Assembly (NCBI GenBank): GCA_951406725.2
Contig: OX597824.1
Span: forward strand, 38,378,001 to 38,442,000
Length of the DNA: 64,000 nt
Direction of reading: 5' to 3'
From: Octopus vulgaris
Taxonomy: Eukaryota
Part shown: positions 38,995 through 53,529 of the stretch, in pieces
Layout: every line of letters starts with the position of its first letter
How positions within the stretch are numbered: position 1 is the first letter of the stretch
Position numbers and translations under genes: made by a program
Notes under the pieces: generated by a model
Databases searched by the model: none
The model's input: the letters and a program-made list of their open reading frames with translations, nothing else
What the model was told of the DNA's origin: nothing

Positions 38995-39264
38995 TCCAGG
39001 TATCAATACATTTCGGCCGTTTCGAGCGGGTCCATTTAATCGATCAATGAAAACATTATATTAATTTTAAAGAAACCGCTTTCCTCAGCTGTAGATGACT
39101 ATATAGACTTCCAACATAAAGGATAAACCATTTTTAACAAATTTATATCAATACTAGAAACCAAAATAATTACATTGTTTCCTTATGTTATATTTGTGGC
39201 ATAGAAATAAATTGATCGATTAAATGGAGCCGTTCGAAACGGCCGTAATGTAGTGACACCTGAA
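38995..39264. mobile_element. MITE with ~55-bp TIRs
   Basis: CAGGTATCAATACATTTCGGCCGTTTCGAGCGGGTCCATTTAATCGATCAAT mirrored at ~39211-39262. Confidence 0.8.
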
Positions 39265-40794
39265 CATTGCATCTGAATGTATGTGTCAATATATATATAT
39301 ATATTATATATGTGTGTGTATGTATGTATATATATATGTATATACTAATATATACATATATATAAATTATACATATATGTGTATGTTTGTGTATGCTATA
39401 GATGTAGGAATATATGCATGTTTTTACACATCTATATGTGCTTACACTTGTCTATATCCCACCTTCTTTAAACTCGAGCTCTATTTTGAGAGAGGAAGAA
39501 ACAGCTGGAAATGGAACTATATCCACTAACTCAGTTGTGAGCGTATGCGATGTGTGTGAGTAGGGGAGCACTGAAGTATGCGTGTGGTTGGGGTGTGTGG
39601 CTTTGTTATTCTTCCGATCTTTACTCTGTTACACTCCTTCCTCACACATTCCATGCTCTTACTTCCTTCAACCTCTATTATAATAACCAGATGGTACTTA
39701 ATCTGCATACTGATGAATATATGAGCATGCATTTTTCTTCATGCTGTGTTTTTGCTGATAATCGCGAGGAAAAGAGTCATCTGCTGTTACATAATAGGGC
39801 TAGCTAGCTTACGTAATAACGGTAGCCAACTTACTGGAAGACGTGTACATTATATAAAGCATAAAATACCTGTTACATTTTCTGTATTGCTGTATATATG
39901 TATGTGTGTATGTGCGCACGTACGTATGTATTTATGTATGTATGTATGTATGTATGTATGTATGTATGTATGTATGTATTTATGTATGTATGTATGTATG
40001 TATGTATGTATGTATGTATGTATGTATGTATGTATGTCATGACCTCGAACACCTGAATCTCAACCGCCTCTTACAGCTTGTGTCATATGTCAAAAAACTT
40101 CTATTCTATATTTAAGAGATGATTTACGGTACATGCATACATTAAGTAATTCAAAAGATCTGAAACATGTGTGATGTAGATAACTCAACAGTTACTTATT
40201 TGCAAACCTCACCCAGGTGATGTTAAAACACTCTATTGTTCCCTTTAATGAATAGAAAGATTATTGGAAATATACTCGTATAGAACATATACCACTATAT
40301 ATATTTACTTATAGGGAAAATGTTCCGCCATTCTTCTGCTACAATTACACTGTGTTATCAAAGTATATTATTTCGTGGCTGACTCACGCATTACATGCAA
40401 AACAGTACAGCTGTTAATGTTACTTCCTGATAAGCTGCTATTAAATATCTTCTCTGATGAAGGAATGAAGGACAATTTATCGCGAAGTAGATCTATAAAT
40501 AGATTCACAATTATTTTTTGGTTTACTTCAGAGAACAATAGAATTGCTTCACTTCATCTGGAAATCCACTGCTGAGGTTTTTAAATAAATAAGACGTAAA
40601 AGTGTGATTGAAAGGAGATTTTAGTTACTATTTCCGGTAAGTACGGTAATCACGTAAATATGTCTCGTGTGCATATGTGTGTCTATGCGTTTATGTATGT
40701 GACTATCGTTGAGTTCAGGTAACTGCACGTAAAAGATACTGGATAACTTGTTCATAGATTGTGGGTTCAAATCCTGATGATGCATTATTTACTA

Positions 40795-42365
40795 CACTGG
40801 TCAACAGCCAATATTCATCAGGGATATTATATGTATGTTTTATATGTAGTTTTGTCCGCAGATTTCAAAAATGTAATGGGTTTCCTTCTACCAGGCACAG
40901 TTTTTCTGATGAGATAAGAGAGGTATATAACTCCCATCAGCAGTATTGCTACACATAAACGTCTTATACTGGTAAATTCCGACTTCTGTTTTATAACTAT
41001 TTGTATTCATTTCGTAATTTTATGTTTTCATAATCTTTTCATTTCATAAATTTTACTTTCTGTTTAAGGTGCCAAGTCATCATCATCATCAAATTCTACT
41101 CAGGATCTCAAGGCATTGCAAGAACAGTCCTGATATATTTTGTCATGTCTGTGGTTCATTTACCACCAAAGCTCAGCAACATGCCATCACAAGTGAAATC
41201 AAGAAGATTTACCAGTTATACTTTAGCTGCTCTCTCGGGGAACAAGATAACAGTTGGGCCCCGCACATCATCTGCTCAGCTTGTTCAAATGGACTAAGGG
41301 ATTGGATAAATAAGAGGAAGAGAGCAATGCCGTTTGCAATACCTATGATATGGAGAGAGCCAAAGGATCATTTCATGGACTATTATTTCTGCAACGTTAA
41401 TGGAATCAGCAAGAAGACCAGTACCACACAACGATGATGATCTTTCTATTCCAATACCACCAGAAAATGGCCTTCAGATGTCTGACGAATATGTATTTCC
41501 CGAAGAAAATACTACTGCTGTGGAAGACACCGAAGTGGATGCAGATTTCATGATTGAAAATGAAGACGTACCATAGAAATTTTCTCAAGGAGAGTTAAAT
41601 GATTTAGTTAGCAAAGGGTCTGCTTAAGAAAGATGTTTGTATTACTCATTTCAGGAAGAGAAATAGGGATCTGACTTCATGCTTCTCTGTTGATGGACCA
41701 CTTTGTTTCAGTAATAACACTGATGAGTTATTTCGCTCTTTGTTCCAAGAGCATGTTCCAGCTGAATGGCGCTTATTCATTGAGTCATCTAAGAGAAGCT
41801 TCAAGGCAGTACTACTACACAATAGCAATAAGAAACCATCCATTTCTATAGAACATTCAGTGCTCGTGAAGCAGTGTTATGAAAACATGCAAGTACTCCT
41901 CAATGCCATAAAGTATACAAACTACTGCTGGAAAATATGTGGATACTTCAAGGTGATTGGAATGTTTATGGGAATGCAATCTGGGTTCACAAAATATTGT
42001 TGCTTTTTATACCTATGGGACAGTCATGCAACTAACATGCACTATGTGCAATCAGAGTGGCCTTTGCGAAAATCATATGACCCGGGAGTTTCTAGCGTTT
42101 AGAGTAAGCTACTTTTAAACCCAGAAAATGTTCTTCTTCCTCGTCTTCACATAAAACTTGGCCTCATGAAACAATTCGTGAAGACACTTGCCAGGAAAAG
42201 CTCAAAAGGTTTTGAATATGTGAAGGCCAAATTTCCAAAAATCACCGAGGCAAATCTGAAGGAGGGCGTATTCATAGGTCCGCAGATAAAATAACTCCTG
42301 GAGGACAATTACTTCCTTTAAGTACTGGATGAGATTGAGCTTAAAGCCTGGGCTGCTTTCAAAAA
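40795..42365 (+). mobile_element. Chapaev3-type transposon: left end plus decayed transposase, right end missing
   Basis: CACTGGTCAAC start. CKNSPDIFCHVCG...SWAPHIICSAC...MPFAIPMIWREPKDH, EWRLFIESSKRSFKAVLLHN, GFTKYCCFLYLWDS, LHIKLGLMKQFVK. Contains stops and frameshifts. Confidence 0.85.
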
Positions 42366-42529
42366 AGATACAAAGCTCCATCATTGTAATATAGAAAACA
42401 AAAACAACGTCACATTTTAAACATGAGAAAAGTTTTGCTACTGTGTTTGTAATATACGAGTCGGTTGATTTCTTTCTATGAAAATCCAAGCTTCTACAGA
42501 CTAACAGTTAGGTATTTACTTACAAAACA

Positions 42530-43130
42530 TTAATTATTATTGGTATAAATGTAAATTTGTAATCCAGATATAGAAGCTGGAACTTCGAAGCAATTGTCCA
42601 TAGATATATTCTTTCTCTTTGATTTTCAAAGAGATATTCACATCAGCAGGACGGCTAACCTCTATGACGGTACATAGTTTTTTCTTGTCTGTCCCAAACA
42701 ACAATATGCGGCCTGTTATGTTAATAGTTGACAGATATTTTGTTGGAAATGTTCCACCAGCATTCCTTATGGTGATATTTGTGTACGTAACCAATAACAA
42801 AAGAATTATCTATATTTATTATAGAACAACATAATATTACAAATAGCATTGTATACTGTTTTTGCGACAACGTCGTGTCGCATAGGAAGGTAGTACTTTG
42901 ATGACATTTTGGGGTAGCTGCTAATCAAATGTGCGATGTCTTCCACAGAAATATGACATAATCTATATTTTTGGTTGCTTTTTGGAACTCCAAGAGCTTC
43001 ATTGTCTCTTTTGTTGATTAGGTATTTAGAAGCAATCTTTTGTTCTTGGATTGCAAAAGTATAACCTTCGAAGTGTGATGTGATGTGGATGTCACGAGTC
43101 CAACAGATGTTCCGCTTCATGACAATGTTA
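42530..43130 (-). mobile_element. R4/Dong-type LINE fragment (CCHC-RLE region)
   Basis: FEGYTFAIQEQKI...RLCHISVEDIAHLISS...RHDVVAK, and CTVIEVSRPADVN. Confidence 0.8.
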
Positions 43131-43249
43131 CTGTATGTATGTATGTATGTATGTATGTATGTATGTATGTATGTATGTATGTATGTATGTATGTATGCAT
43201 GTATGTAAGTATTATGTAAGTGTGTGTGTATGTACGTGCATATGCAGCG

Positions 43250-44030
43250 CATTGAATCAAACAATCAATCTGAAAAAGACAGTCCTAATGTACAATGCAC
43301 CAGGTAAAGCTTATTCTAAGCCAAACAATAACGTATACGGACAGAAATTAGTAGACTAATTTGACGAATTATTTCACAAATACTGTCTCCGCCATATACT
43401 AGGGATTCGATGGCAAATGTATATAAGTGATGTTGAAAATCCTAGAACGTAATAAACCTACGATCGGTTCCCGAAGTGATTTAGCCCATGTTAAGAGACC
43501 TGTGCACTAACCAAATTAAAGTATAAAGACTGAAGTTCACTGGTGAAATTTTAAAAAAATCTTAGGAAATGAATGTAAAAAAAAACTTCCTCTATGGTGT
43601 TCATAGTGGAAGAAATTAGTGCATGTTGGGAGTAGTGAATTCGTATAAAATCGTATCGAGAATGAAAAGCGCAAGAGAGATGTTGGCGAAGAACTTAACG
43701 TTAATTTGCCCGGGTGTGTTTGTACGCAGACCTATTTAACAGTTAACAAATGTGGTCGTATTTGTCTAAGTAAGGTAGGCTTTCAAAGTCATCAGAAAAA
43801 ACCCCATAGACAAGAAAGTTGTTAAGCATGCATAATACAGCATCTGCAGGAAGTGTCGAAAATATGTGCATCAAAAGGTTTGAGTGAAACATCATATGGA
43901 GACTCACCAAAACAATAAATATTGTAACACCTACAGTAAGAGACAACAATCGTTGTCACATCTGCACAAAAGAGTGCAAGTCCCTCTAGAAGGAATGAAA
44001 AGTCATATCCCTGCTGTTCATATTTAAGAG
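43250..44030 (+). mobile_element. RTE-clade LINE 3' remnant
   Basis: FHKYCLRHILGIRWQMYISDVE and C-terminal CHICTKECKS...GMKSHI. Confidence 0.65.
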
Positions 44031-44095
44031 AACAATCAAGAGATGACGTTACTCTAAATCAAGTTACAGTATGTATGTATGTATGTATGTATGTA

Positions 44096-45360
44096 TTGGT
44101 TTGGCAACTAGGTTCCCGCCGTTTTTTAAAATTTAGGAATTCATTGCATTTTTAAGTTTTGGAATCTATTTTTTTCGAGAATTCTATTTTTGAATCATTT
44201 TGGAATCTATATTTTTTTTCTAGTTAATTTTAGTTAATATTTCTTTATTTTCGGATCATTAAAATGGAATGTCAAGTGAAGAAAAACGAGCATTTTTGCT
44301 TTTAATCAAGGTTCTAAGGCCGCAAAAGCTGCTCGCGACATTTGTGCTGTGTATGGAGAAGGTGCCATAGCTGAAAGAACCGCTCGTGATTGGTATGCCA
44401 AGTTCAAAAATGGAAATATTAACCTCAAAAAACGTACCTCGTCCTGGCCGTCCAGTTGAGTTCGATAAAGAGCGATTAAACCAACTTTTGCACGAAAATC
44501 TTCGTCAAACGACAGGGGAACTGGCAGAGAAAATGGAATGCTTCTGCACTGCTATAGAGAAACATCTTCACTCGATGGCAAAGGTTCAGAAGTATGGAGC
44601 ATGGGTTCCGCATGCTTTAAGTGACAACAACAAACATCAACGAGCCACAATCTCCGCTGGTTTGTTTGCTCGTCACCGCTCAACTCATGGACACAAACAA
44701 CGATTTCTTTACCGAATCGTTACTGGCGACGAAAAATGGTGCCTGTACATCAATATGAAGCAGCGTAAGGAATGGCTTAGCCCCGGTAAACAAGCGTGAA
44801 ACAAGATCTTCATCCACGTAAAACGATGTTGTGCGTATGGTGGGACTGGGAAGGGATTATCCATTACGAATTACTTGAACGGAACCAAACGGTCAACGCG
44901 GAAATCTATGTTCAACAGATGGAACGACTCAACACGGCTATTCAAGAGAAAAAAACCTAATCGGCAGCATAAGTTCTTCTGCTGCACGACAACGCCTGCC
45001 CTCATATCGCCAATATGACCAAGGAAGCCATTTAAACTCATGGCTGGGAAGTGCTGCCACACCCACCGTACCCTCCTGATTTGGCACCAACGGATTTCCA
45101 CCTCTTTCGATCTCTTTCAGATGCTATGCGCGGAGTTTCGTTCAATACTGATGCAGAATTGAGAGCTTTGTTGGATCAATTTTTCGAGTCGAAATCGGGT
45201 GATTTCTACCAACGAGGTATTAAAAATCTTATTGAACGTTGGGAAGAAGTTGTAAACAACAAGAGTGAATACATTATTGATTAATTAGTTGTTATTTTTT
45301 ATTAAACCTTTTAAAAAATTTAAATTAAAAAAAACGGCGGGAACTTAGTTGCCAAACCAA
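44096..45360 (+). mobile_element. Near full-length mariner (1265 bp) with pseudogenised transposase (~44264-45284)
   Basis: TIRs TTGGTTTGGCAACTAGGTTCCCGCCGTTTTTT / AAAAAACGGCGGGAACTTAGTTGCCAAACCAA, flanked by TA and TG. Motifs WVPHAL, IVTGDEKW, LLHDNA and HPPYPPDLAPTDFHLFRSL. Frameshifts present. Confidence 0.95.
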
Positions 45361-45499
45361 TGTGTATGTATACACACACTGACAGACATACACACATGTC
45401 TGTCTGTTTGTCTGTCTGTATGTATGTATGTGTATATGTACGCATGCATGTATATACGGTCATGTTAGTATGTGTAACAATGTATAAATTCGTTACTTG

Positions 45500-46200
45500 T
45501 TGAGTCAGGAGGAAAGGACAAGCCTTCTGAGATTACGGAGATGATACTGATAAGGTTTTGTTTAAAATGTTGCAGAGCAGTACCTTCAGGAAAGTGAATA
45601 GCAAGGAGGAGATTCCAGCGGGGCGATGTCGTGGAGAAAAAGGATTAAGATTTAAATAGCTCCGAGCCGAAAGGTTGGACGTACTAAGAGTAACGAAACG
45701 TGGAAATACCAGTGGATCAGTGGTGTCTGAGTGGTGGAGATGCAAGACCAATCAGCTCTGAGGAACAGAGGCCATTAGAGTAGAGAGAGGAAAAACAGAG
45801 CAGGGCTTCATCTCATCTGTGGACTAGAGACTGAAGTGTATCTATAAATGACTGAATATCTATTAATCAAGTGGATCGTCTTTGGATGCCGTTAAAGATG
45901 TCAATATGAGCACCAGCAGCATCGTCCCAGATACGGAGGCATTATTTTATCGGGAGGCTCACTTTAATCTTGTTGAGTATCAGCAAATATTGAGGTCAAA
46001 ATATTTTCTAGCTCTAAAGAGAAGTGGTGTAGTGGGTGTAGTCCTAGCTATGCTAAGAGTATGCTTTCACCAGAACTCTTCGGTGACAGTGAGGCCCAGC
46101 TTTGGAGCGCTTTAGCTAAGTAGCACTCATGTTAAGAGAGTGCGTGACAAAGTTATGTTTTCTTGATTTGAGCAGTCCTTGAATTCGTTTGATGTGTATC
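45500..46200 (-). mobile_element. Old CR1/Jockey-group LINE 3' remnant
   Basis: ASRIWDDAAGAHIDIFNGIQRRS resembles the post-RT region. Confidence 0.55.
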
Positions 46201-46318
46201 GAAAGAAACATTATTCCTTTAAATGTGTGAGTATATGAATAAAAAATGTTTTTTTTTAGTATGAAAAGAAAATGAGTAAGCTATTGACGATGTCTACGCG
46301 CGAATGTGTACATTTATA

Positions 46319-47015
46319 TCAGGTCATTAAGGTCCGATTTTCTTATGTCCCAATTGTGACAGTCATTTGACAATTCTTTGTTATACAGCATTGAAGAATT
46401 ACATCATCACTTTTCGGAATGCATTTCATTGTGTCTAATTATATTGTGAATTTTTCTTGTAAATCAATTTTGGTGAACCCACGGATAGATAAAAGATTCG
46501 TGCTGTGTATGAATATGAGTTCCGTCGTGGAACCAATTGCATATCCCAGACAGCTTGAAACATCAATGAAGTGTTTGTGAAGATGTGGCGAATGAATGCA
46601 CTCTACGTCGATGGTTTTGAAGTTCCGGTCTGGTGACTTTATTCTTGAAAATCAGCCCCGTGGTAGACCTGAACCCAAGGTGGATAATGATGAGCTGGAA
46701 ACCGTGGGGGAAGCGGGTGCATCTCAAACTACGCGTGAGTTAGCAGCAAGTTTTGATGCTCCGATTCCAACTGTATTGGACCACTTGAAACAAATCGGCA
46801 AGGCAAAGAATCTGGACAAGTGGGTACTACACAAACTGAACGAGCATCTTGAAACTTGCTGTTCTTTGTTGTCAAGGCATAAAAGCGAACCATTGTTGCA
46901 TCGTGTTGTTATGTTTGATGAAAAATTGATATTTTTCAACAATAACAAGCGTTCTCCACGGTGGTGGGATAGAAAGCAAGTGCCAAAACACAATCCAAAA
47001 AAGAATATTCACCAA
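46319..47015 (+). mobile_element. Mariner 5' two-thirds, decayed
   Basis: KFRSGDFILENQPRGRP...QTTRELA...HLKQIGK...KWVLHKL...HRVVMFDEK. Confidence 0.85.
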
Positions 47016-47726
47016 ATACACAATAACCCACCTTCATCCCATTCGATTCCTGGCACTCATTTGCTTCTATTACACATGTAGACACGCCTAAATTAGCATG
47101 CACATGTTCAGTGGATTTCGGATTTTGTCACAATATTATTATTTATTTTTCACTTTATTCTGACGAGTCATTTTCAATATGTATTATGGAAGAAACACTA
47201 AATAGCACATGAAAATGAATCAATAGCTGCAGAAATTATTACATAATTACGTAAGACTGATTGTATTGAAATTAATTTTACTGCTTCAATTTTAATGCTT
47301 TAACTTTACTACTACGATTTTTTGCTTCAGTTTTACTGCCTTAATTTTACTACTTCAATTTACTATTGTTTCGACGAAACAGTTGTAAATTGAAGCAGTA
47401 AAATATGTGTCATTATTAATATTCTATGGATATTTGTGAATTTTCAGGTATGTGTCTTGTAGAACAAACGATCTCTAGTTTATAGTTTTGTCTGATAGCT
47501 ATTATCCATGGATGTGCTCAATATGGTAAACACCAGGGTTATATACCCCAATGAACTTATAGATGTATGCGCATGTGTGTGTGTGTGTGTGTGTGTGCGT
47601 GTGTGTGTGTATGTGTCTGTGTGTGCACGTGTGCGTGTGTGTGTACAAAACATGGCATCGAAACAACCATATATTCCTAATTCAGGCTACTTCAAAACAA
47701 AAGCCTGAACACATCGAAGAGAAAGG

Positions 47727-47898
47727 TAACTTATCTCTTTTACTGCCCACAAGGGGCTACACACAGAAGGGACAAACAAGCACAGACAAACGGATTAAGT
47801 CGATTATATCGACCCCAGTGCGTAAATGGTACTTATTTAATCGACCCCGAAAGGATGAAAGGCAAAATCGACCTCGGCGGAATTTGAACTCAGAACGT
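47727..47898 (-). mobile_element. SINE family B, 3' part (further copies at ~38600-38740 and ~49385-49590)
   Basis: Matches 30867-31030. Confidence 0.8.
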
Positions 47899-48483
47899 TG
47901 CAGCATACGACCACAAAGCAAGTAAATCGATCCCAGTCGTTCGACCAACTAAACCGAAGTAGTATATAACCTAAACTGAAGAAGTATATAAGTAACAAAG
48001 TGTCCCCAAAACACGTGCAGCTTAAATGGAATTCTCAGGTGAATCAATACGAAGCAGTGAGTGTGACAAGGCACGCTCTTTCAGTTACAGTTAAAATCCA
48101 TGTTACAGGTTCCCATTTCCGTCTATCCAATTGGATGTACAATGGTTGCCCATCACTCCTGGCCAGTAGATCGAATTTCGGGACCTCATGCTTGGAAAAT
48201 CATCTTTTTAACCACTTGGCCGAGTCGTCATCCTGCAAAACAACACGTGCACGCACAAACACTAACAACGATACATATTTATACATGTATGTATGTATGT
48301 ATGTATGTATGTATAAATAAATAGATAAATGTGTGTGTATGTGTGTGCAGATAGTATTTTAACTTCATAATTACGCATTATTATTACTTATAACTTTATT
48401 TACTTCGATTTCCACCGTTAGAAATGAAGTATTTCACGTTTCCACAAGTTTCTAAATTTTTATAACGTAAACAATATTTCTCA

Positions 48484-48542
<59 letters not shown>

Positions 48543-48657
48543 GTATATATACATATATGTGTGTATGTGTAAAAATTTGTTCTTAAGCATTCCATATTCT
48601 TAAACACATATACTTACTCGGAGACACATTCAAGCATATTCACTCGTGGGCATATTC

Positions 48658-48775
<118 letters not shown>

Positions 48776-49057
48776 ATGTGTGTATGTATATTGTACTCAT
48801 GCGTATAATGTACACATGAATATATATAAACATTTATATACTTCTCCAAACTCATTCAACGAAAGTAACATCATCAACAACAACAACAACAACGATGACA
48901 CTAATAAGTAACACGTGTAATAACACAAACACCGCGATTACCATTTATTACTACAATAATCATCATCATCACTATCACCGACTTCATACCCGACGACCCA
49001 CCCCTGCAGACTATAATTATCATCTTCGTTGTCGTTGATGTCATCATCATCATCATT

Positions 49058-49088
<31 letters not shown>

Positions 49089-49619
49089 ACAACAACAACA
49101 CCAACAGCAAGAGTAATCCCTACAACCACACCGCGACGACACTTGTCATCACAAGCAACGGGTGTCTCTATGTGGTCGCATATCATTCTAGAAATAGAAG
49201 GAAATATCTCACCGCATCATAAAAATGAAGGACACATTAAATGACGTGGATAATGTGATCCGAGAGACACAATACGTTAGGAAAAAGTGGGATTGTCGTG
49301 GTAGGAATGATTGTGATCAAAGGATCAATGGTTCAACACGGACCTTGGGTTATAGTAACGCTTATAACAGCACCGGAATAATAATCCTTTCTACTAAAGG
49401 CACAAGGCCTGAAATTTTCAGGGAGGGGACTGATGGCTTACATGGACCCCATTGCGATATTGGTACCTGTTTTATCGACCCCGAAAGGATGAAAAGCAAA
49501 GTCGACCTCGGCAGAATTTGAACGCAGAACGTAAGGACGGACGACATGTCGCTAAGAATTTTGCCTGACGCTCTACCGATCCTGCCAGCCTGAGCACCGC
49601 AACAATAGTTGGAATAACA

Positions 49620-50147
49620 ATAACAATGATATAACCTTATCACCACTGCCACCGCAGCTACAGCAGTCTCAACGCTGCGCCACTACTCCGATCACAACCA
49701 CTTCAACATTACACCAGCACTCCATCAGCGCTCCACTACCACCTGTACAGGCACCTCAGGGAACTTTCATACACCATCACCACCACCACCACCACCACCA
49801 CCACCACCACCGCCACCACCACCACCATACCACCAGCCGCCGCCACCGCCACTACAACCCCACAACAGTAACCTCTTAACTACACAATCACTACAATAGT
49901 AGCAACAATAATAAATGTATTAATCACCGCAACTACCACTTCCAATACCACTATCAATACCATCATCAACGCCACTAGTGGTTCTACCAATTCTACTACT
50001 AACTAGTATCACCACAACTACCACTTCGCTTTCACCACCACCACCACCACCACCAATAACTCTACCAATCCTACTACTAATACTACTACCACCGCCACCA
50101 CCACCACCACCATTAAGTCTACCAATCCTACTACTACTACAACAACA

Positions 50148-50188
<41 letters not shown>

Positions 50189-50207
50189 ATCATCACCACC
50201 AATAACT

Positions 50208-50258
<51 letters not shown>

Positions 50259-50405
50259 ATACTACTACTACTACTAAACTAATTTCAGAACTACCACGCC
50301 ACCAAAGTTACCAGTAGTACCACAAGTACCAAATTTAACACATTACTATCACAACACCACCACCACCACAACCACCACAGCACTACAACTGCTATTGTTA
50401 CTACA

Positions 50406-50459
<54 letters not shown>

Positions 50460-51955
50460 GTCCCACCAAAAGTTCACCTCCACCATTAGGTCCTCCACAG
50501 CCATCAACACAACCAACGTGTACTTACCACCGCCAATACCATTCTTTACTTAGACAACCACCACCACCTCAACCGCTGTCTCTACCACCATCACTACCAA
50601 CACCACTACCACCACCTCCACCATTACCTATACCACCAAATCCACCACCAGTACTACCCCACCATCACTACCATCATACCACCACCACCACCACTATCAC
50701 CTCCACCACCATTACTCACATCACACCACCACCACCACCACCAATGCTACCACAACAACCACTCTATTAAAACTCAATATATATCACCACAATCACTACC
50801 ACAACCGCTACCACTCCACCGAAACTCCACGACACCACCACCAGCACTACCATCACAACAGCCACCCTACCAAAATCCAACCTTCGACAATACCTTGTCT
50901 ACCCCATCTTTACCACTCCAGCCACCACTACCGCTACCATCATACCACCACTTTCATCAGAACTACCACCACAGCATCACTACATCACCACTACCACTAG
51001 CGCTGCAACCGCACCAGCTACAACTATCACCGTCACCATACCACCATCGCCATACCGCCACTAACATCAGAACTACCACCCCAACATTAAAACAACCCCA
51101 CCATCACAGCACCACTACCACTACCACTACCTCTAGCGCCGCTGCCACTACCACTACCACTACCACTACCTCTAGCGCCGCTGCCACTACCACTACCTCT
51201 AGCGCCGCTGCCACTACCACTACCACTACCACTAGCGCCGCTACCACTACCACTGGCGCCGCTACCACTACCACTACCACTACCACTTGCGCCGCTACTT
51301 CTACCACTACCACTAGCGCCGCTACCACTACCACTGGCGCCGCTACCACTACCACTACCACTACCACTGGCGCCGCTACCACTACCACTACCACTACCAC
51401 TGGCGCCGCTACCACTAACACTACCACTAGCGCCGCTACCACTACAACTAGCGCCGCTACCACTACCACTAGCGCCGCTACCACTACCACTAGCGCCGCT
51501 ACCACTACCACTAGCGCCGCTACCACTACCACTACCACTAGCGCCGCTACCTCTACCACTACCATTAGCGCCGCTACCACTACCACTACCACGAGCGCCG
51601 CTACCACCACCGCTGCCACCATATCACCGCTACCATCGAAACTACCACCACTATACCGTCGCCGCCAAGCTGCCGCTAACATCAGATTTACCACCCCCCC
51701 TAATATTACAACACCCCCACTATCACCACCAGCGGCGCACCTGCCCTGCCGCCACAATGCCGCCGCTACCATCAGAACTACCACCAGGACAACACTACAT
51801 CACCACTACCACCAGCGCCCTTACTGTCTCTACTATCATACCTCAAAACTCAGTCACCACAACTGCACTGCCCCACCCTCCACCGCCGCCATCTCTGCCG
51901 TCACTATCATAGCACAAATTCCACATCACCATCATCACCACCACCACCGCCATCA
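49620..51955. repeat. Long degenerate (ACC/ACT)n trinucleotide array containing a minisatellite at 51108-51620
   Basis: Variable units of AGCGCCGCT+(ACCACT)n. Confidence 0.9.
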
Positions 51956-52046
51956 GCGAATCAAAGCAATATTGCAATAACAGAATAAATGCAATAATAG
52001 AATAATGGAATAATGGAATAATGGATTAGCGTTTTTGCCTACCTAC

Positions 52047-52290
52047 CTGACCGAGAGACTTCAGGTGAAGAAAACTCCTGGGTAGAATCTGCCCGGCGAG
52101 AATGAGGAGCGAAGTAAACAGAGATGCGCCCAGTACTGCGTGCACCCCGAATACGATGCCGTAAGCAGGGTAGATGAGAAGAGTCAACAGTGGTAAGTAG
52201 TCTGTGTAAGGATTCCGCCAGCAAAAGGATGCCATGCGAACAGGGTGGCCAGCAGCTATAAGCGTCCACCGTCTTCGCATTGTGCCAAAA
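52047..52290 (-). CDS. First identifiable coding exon of the Ice2-like membrane-protein gene (ATG at 52280 or 52235)
   Basis: Acceptor CCTTCTCCTCAG and donor CAG|GTAGGT (phase 0). GC-richer unique island encoding MRRRW...MASFCWRNPYTDYLPLLTLLIYPAYGIVFGVHAVLGASLFTSLLILAGQILPRSFLHLKSLGQ, with two TM helices. Confidence 0.8.
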
Positions 52291-52398
52291 CTGAGGAGAA
52301 GGCATAAAGAAAGAAATAGATAAATAGGAGATGAATATATATATATATAATATATATATATATATAGGTGTGTACATGTATATGTATTTGTATATGTA

Positions 52399-52447
<49 letters not shown>

Positions 52448-52617
52448 TGTGTATATACACACACACACATACATATACACACATATATGTATTCAAAGCA
52501 AAAATAACTAAAACGGCAACAGTAAAAAAAACAAACAAAAAAGCAAAAAATAAATAAAAAGAAAAGCACACACGCATGGGGGATACGCTCATACATAGAT
52601 GTATGTAAACGTGTGTG

Positions 52618-52649
<32 letters not shown>

Positions 52650-52843
52650 TGCATTCGTGTGTAGTTGCACGTACACATACACACACACAATCACACGTAC
52701 ACACACGGGCGAGAGCGCATGCACGCAATAGACGCATACACATACATAGAGCACAAACACATACGGACATCACCCTCCACGTTCGTAAATACGTACACGC
52801 ACATACAGACATATACACGTACATACACACACACACATATACG

Positions 52844-52908
<65 letters not shown>

Positions 52909-53529
52909 ATGTATATATATATATAAACGTATATGTATATACACATATATATAAACGCATACACGTATGTATGTGTGTATATATATATATATATTATAGA
53001 TACATACATACATATATAGATGTACTCCCGTAAACGCACACATACACATATGATGCACACATACACCTGCTATGCACATACACACGCACATAGAAATATA
53101 TCCGTTAAAAAAATCACACACATACATACACAAACACATGCACTCACTCCTCACACACACACACATACACACACATATGTACACGCATACGCACACATAC
53201 AAACAGATACACAAGCGTGCGTACACACACATATATATACGCATGAATATACAAATATACCCGCAATAAAAAAATAAAAAAACACGCACATACACATAGG
53301 AAGTCATACACAAAAACACATACACACAAATGCACTCCCTCGCATGCACATACATAAACATACACATACACACACACATACGCGCACACATACACATGTG
53401 CGCACACGTACGCACACACATATACACAATTACCCGCAAAAACAACACATAAAAAAAGAAATATTTTAAAGAAATATAATGCAAATGTAAAACTAATATA
53501 AAAAATAAGGCAATTACTACAACTACTAA

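Noticed and set aside
44264-45284. Active or domesticated mariner transposase (SETMAR-like)
   Set aside because: It has several frameshifts and stops, and sits within TIRs as an ordinary dead copy.
49225-49345. Minus-strand donor GCG|GTGAGA with upstream unique sequence
   Set aside because: The phase-0 frame has a nearby stop and I found no good acceptor. It is incompatible with the flanking exon phases.
50895-51980. 361-aa Thr/Ala-rich mucin- or antifreeze-like ORF
   Set aside because: It lies wholly in a trinucleotide array, starts at a non-ATG codon, and has no signal peptide or splice support. The opposite strand is also open over much of it.
52039-53484. 481-aa ORF and the many overlapping YI/CV/HT ORFs at 52-57 kb
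   Set aside because: Dinucleotide and tetranucleotide repeat read-through. Only 52047-52290, in a different frame, is a credible exon.
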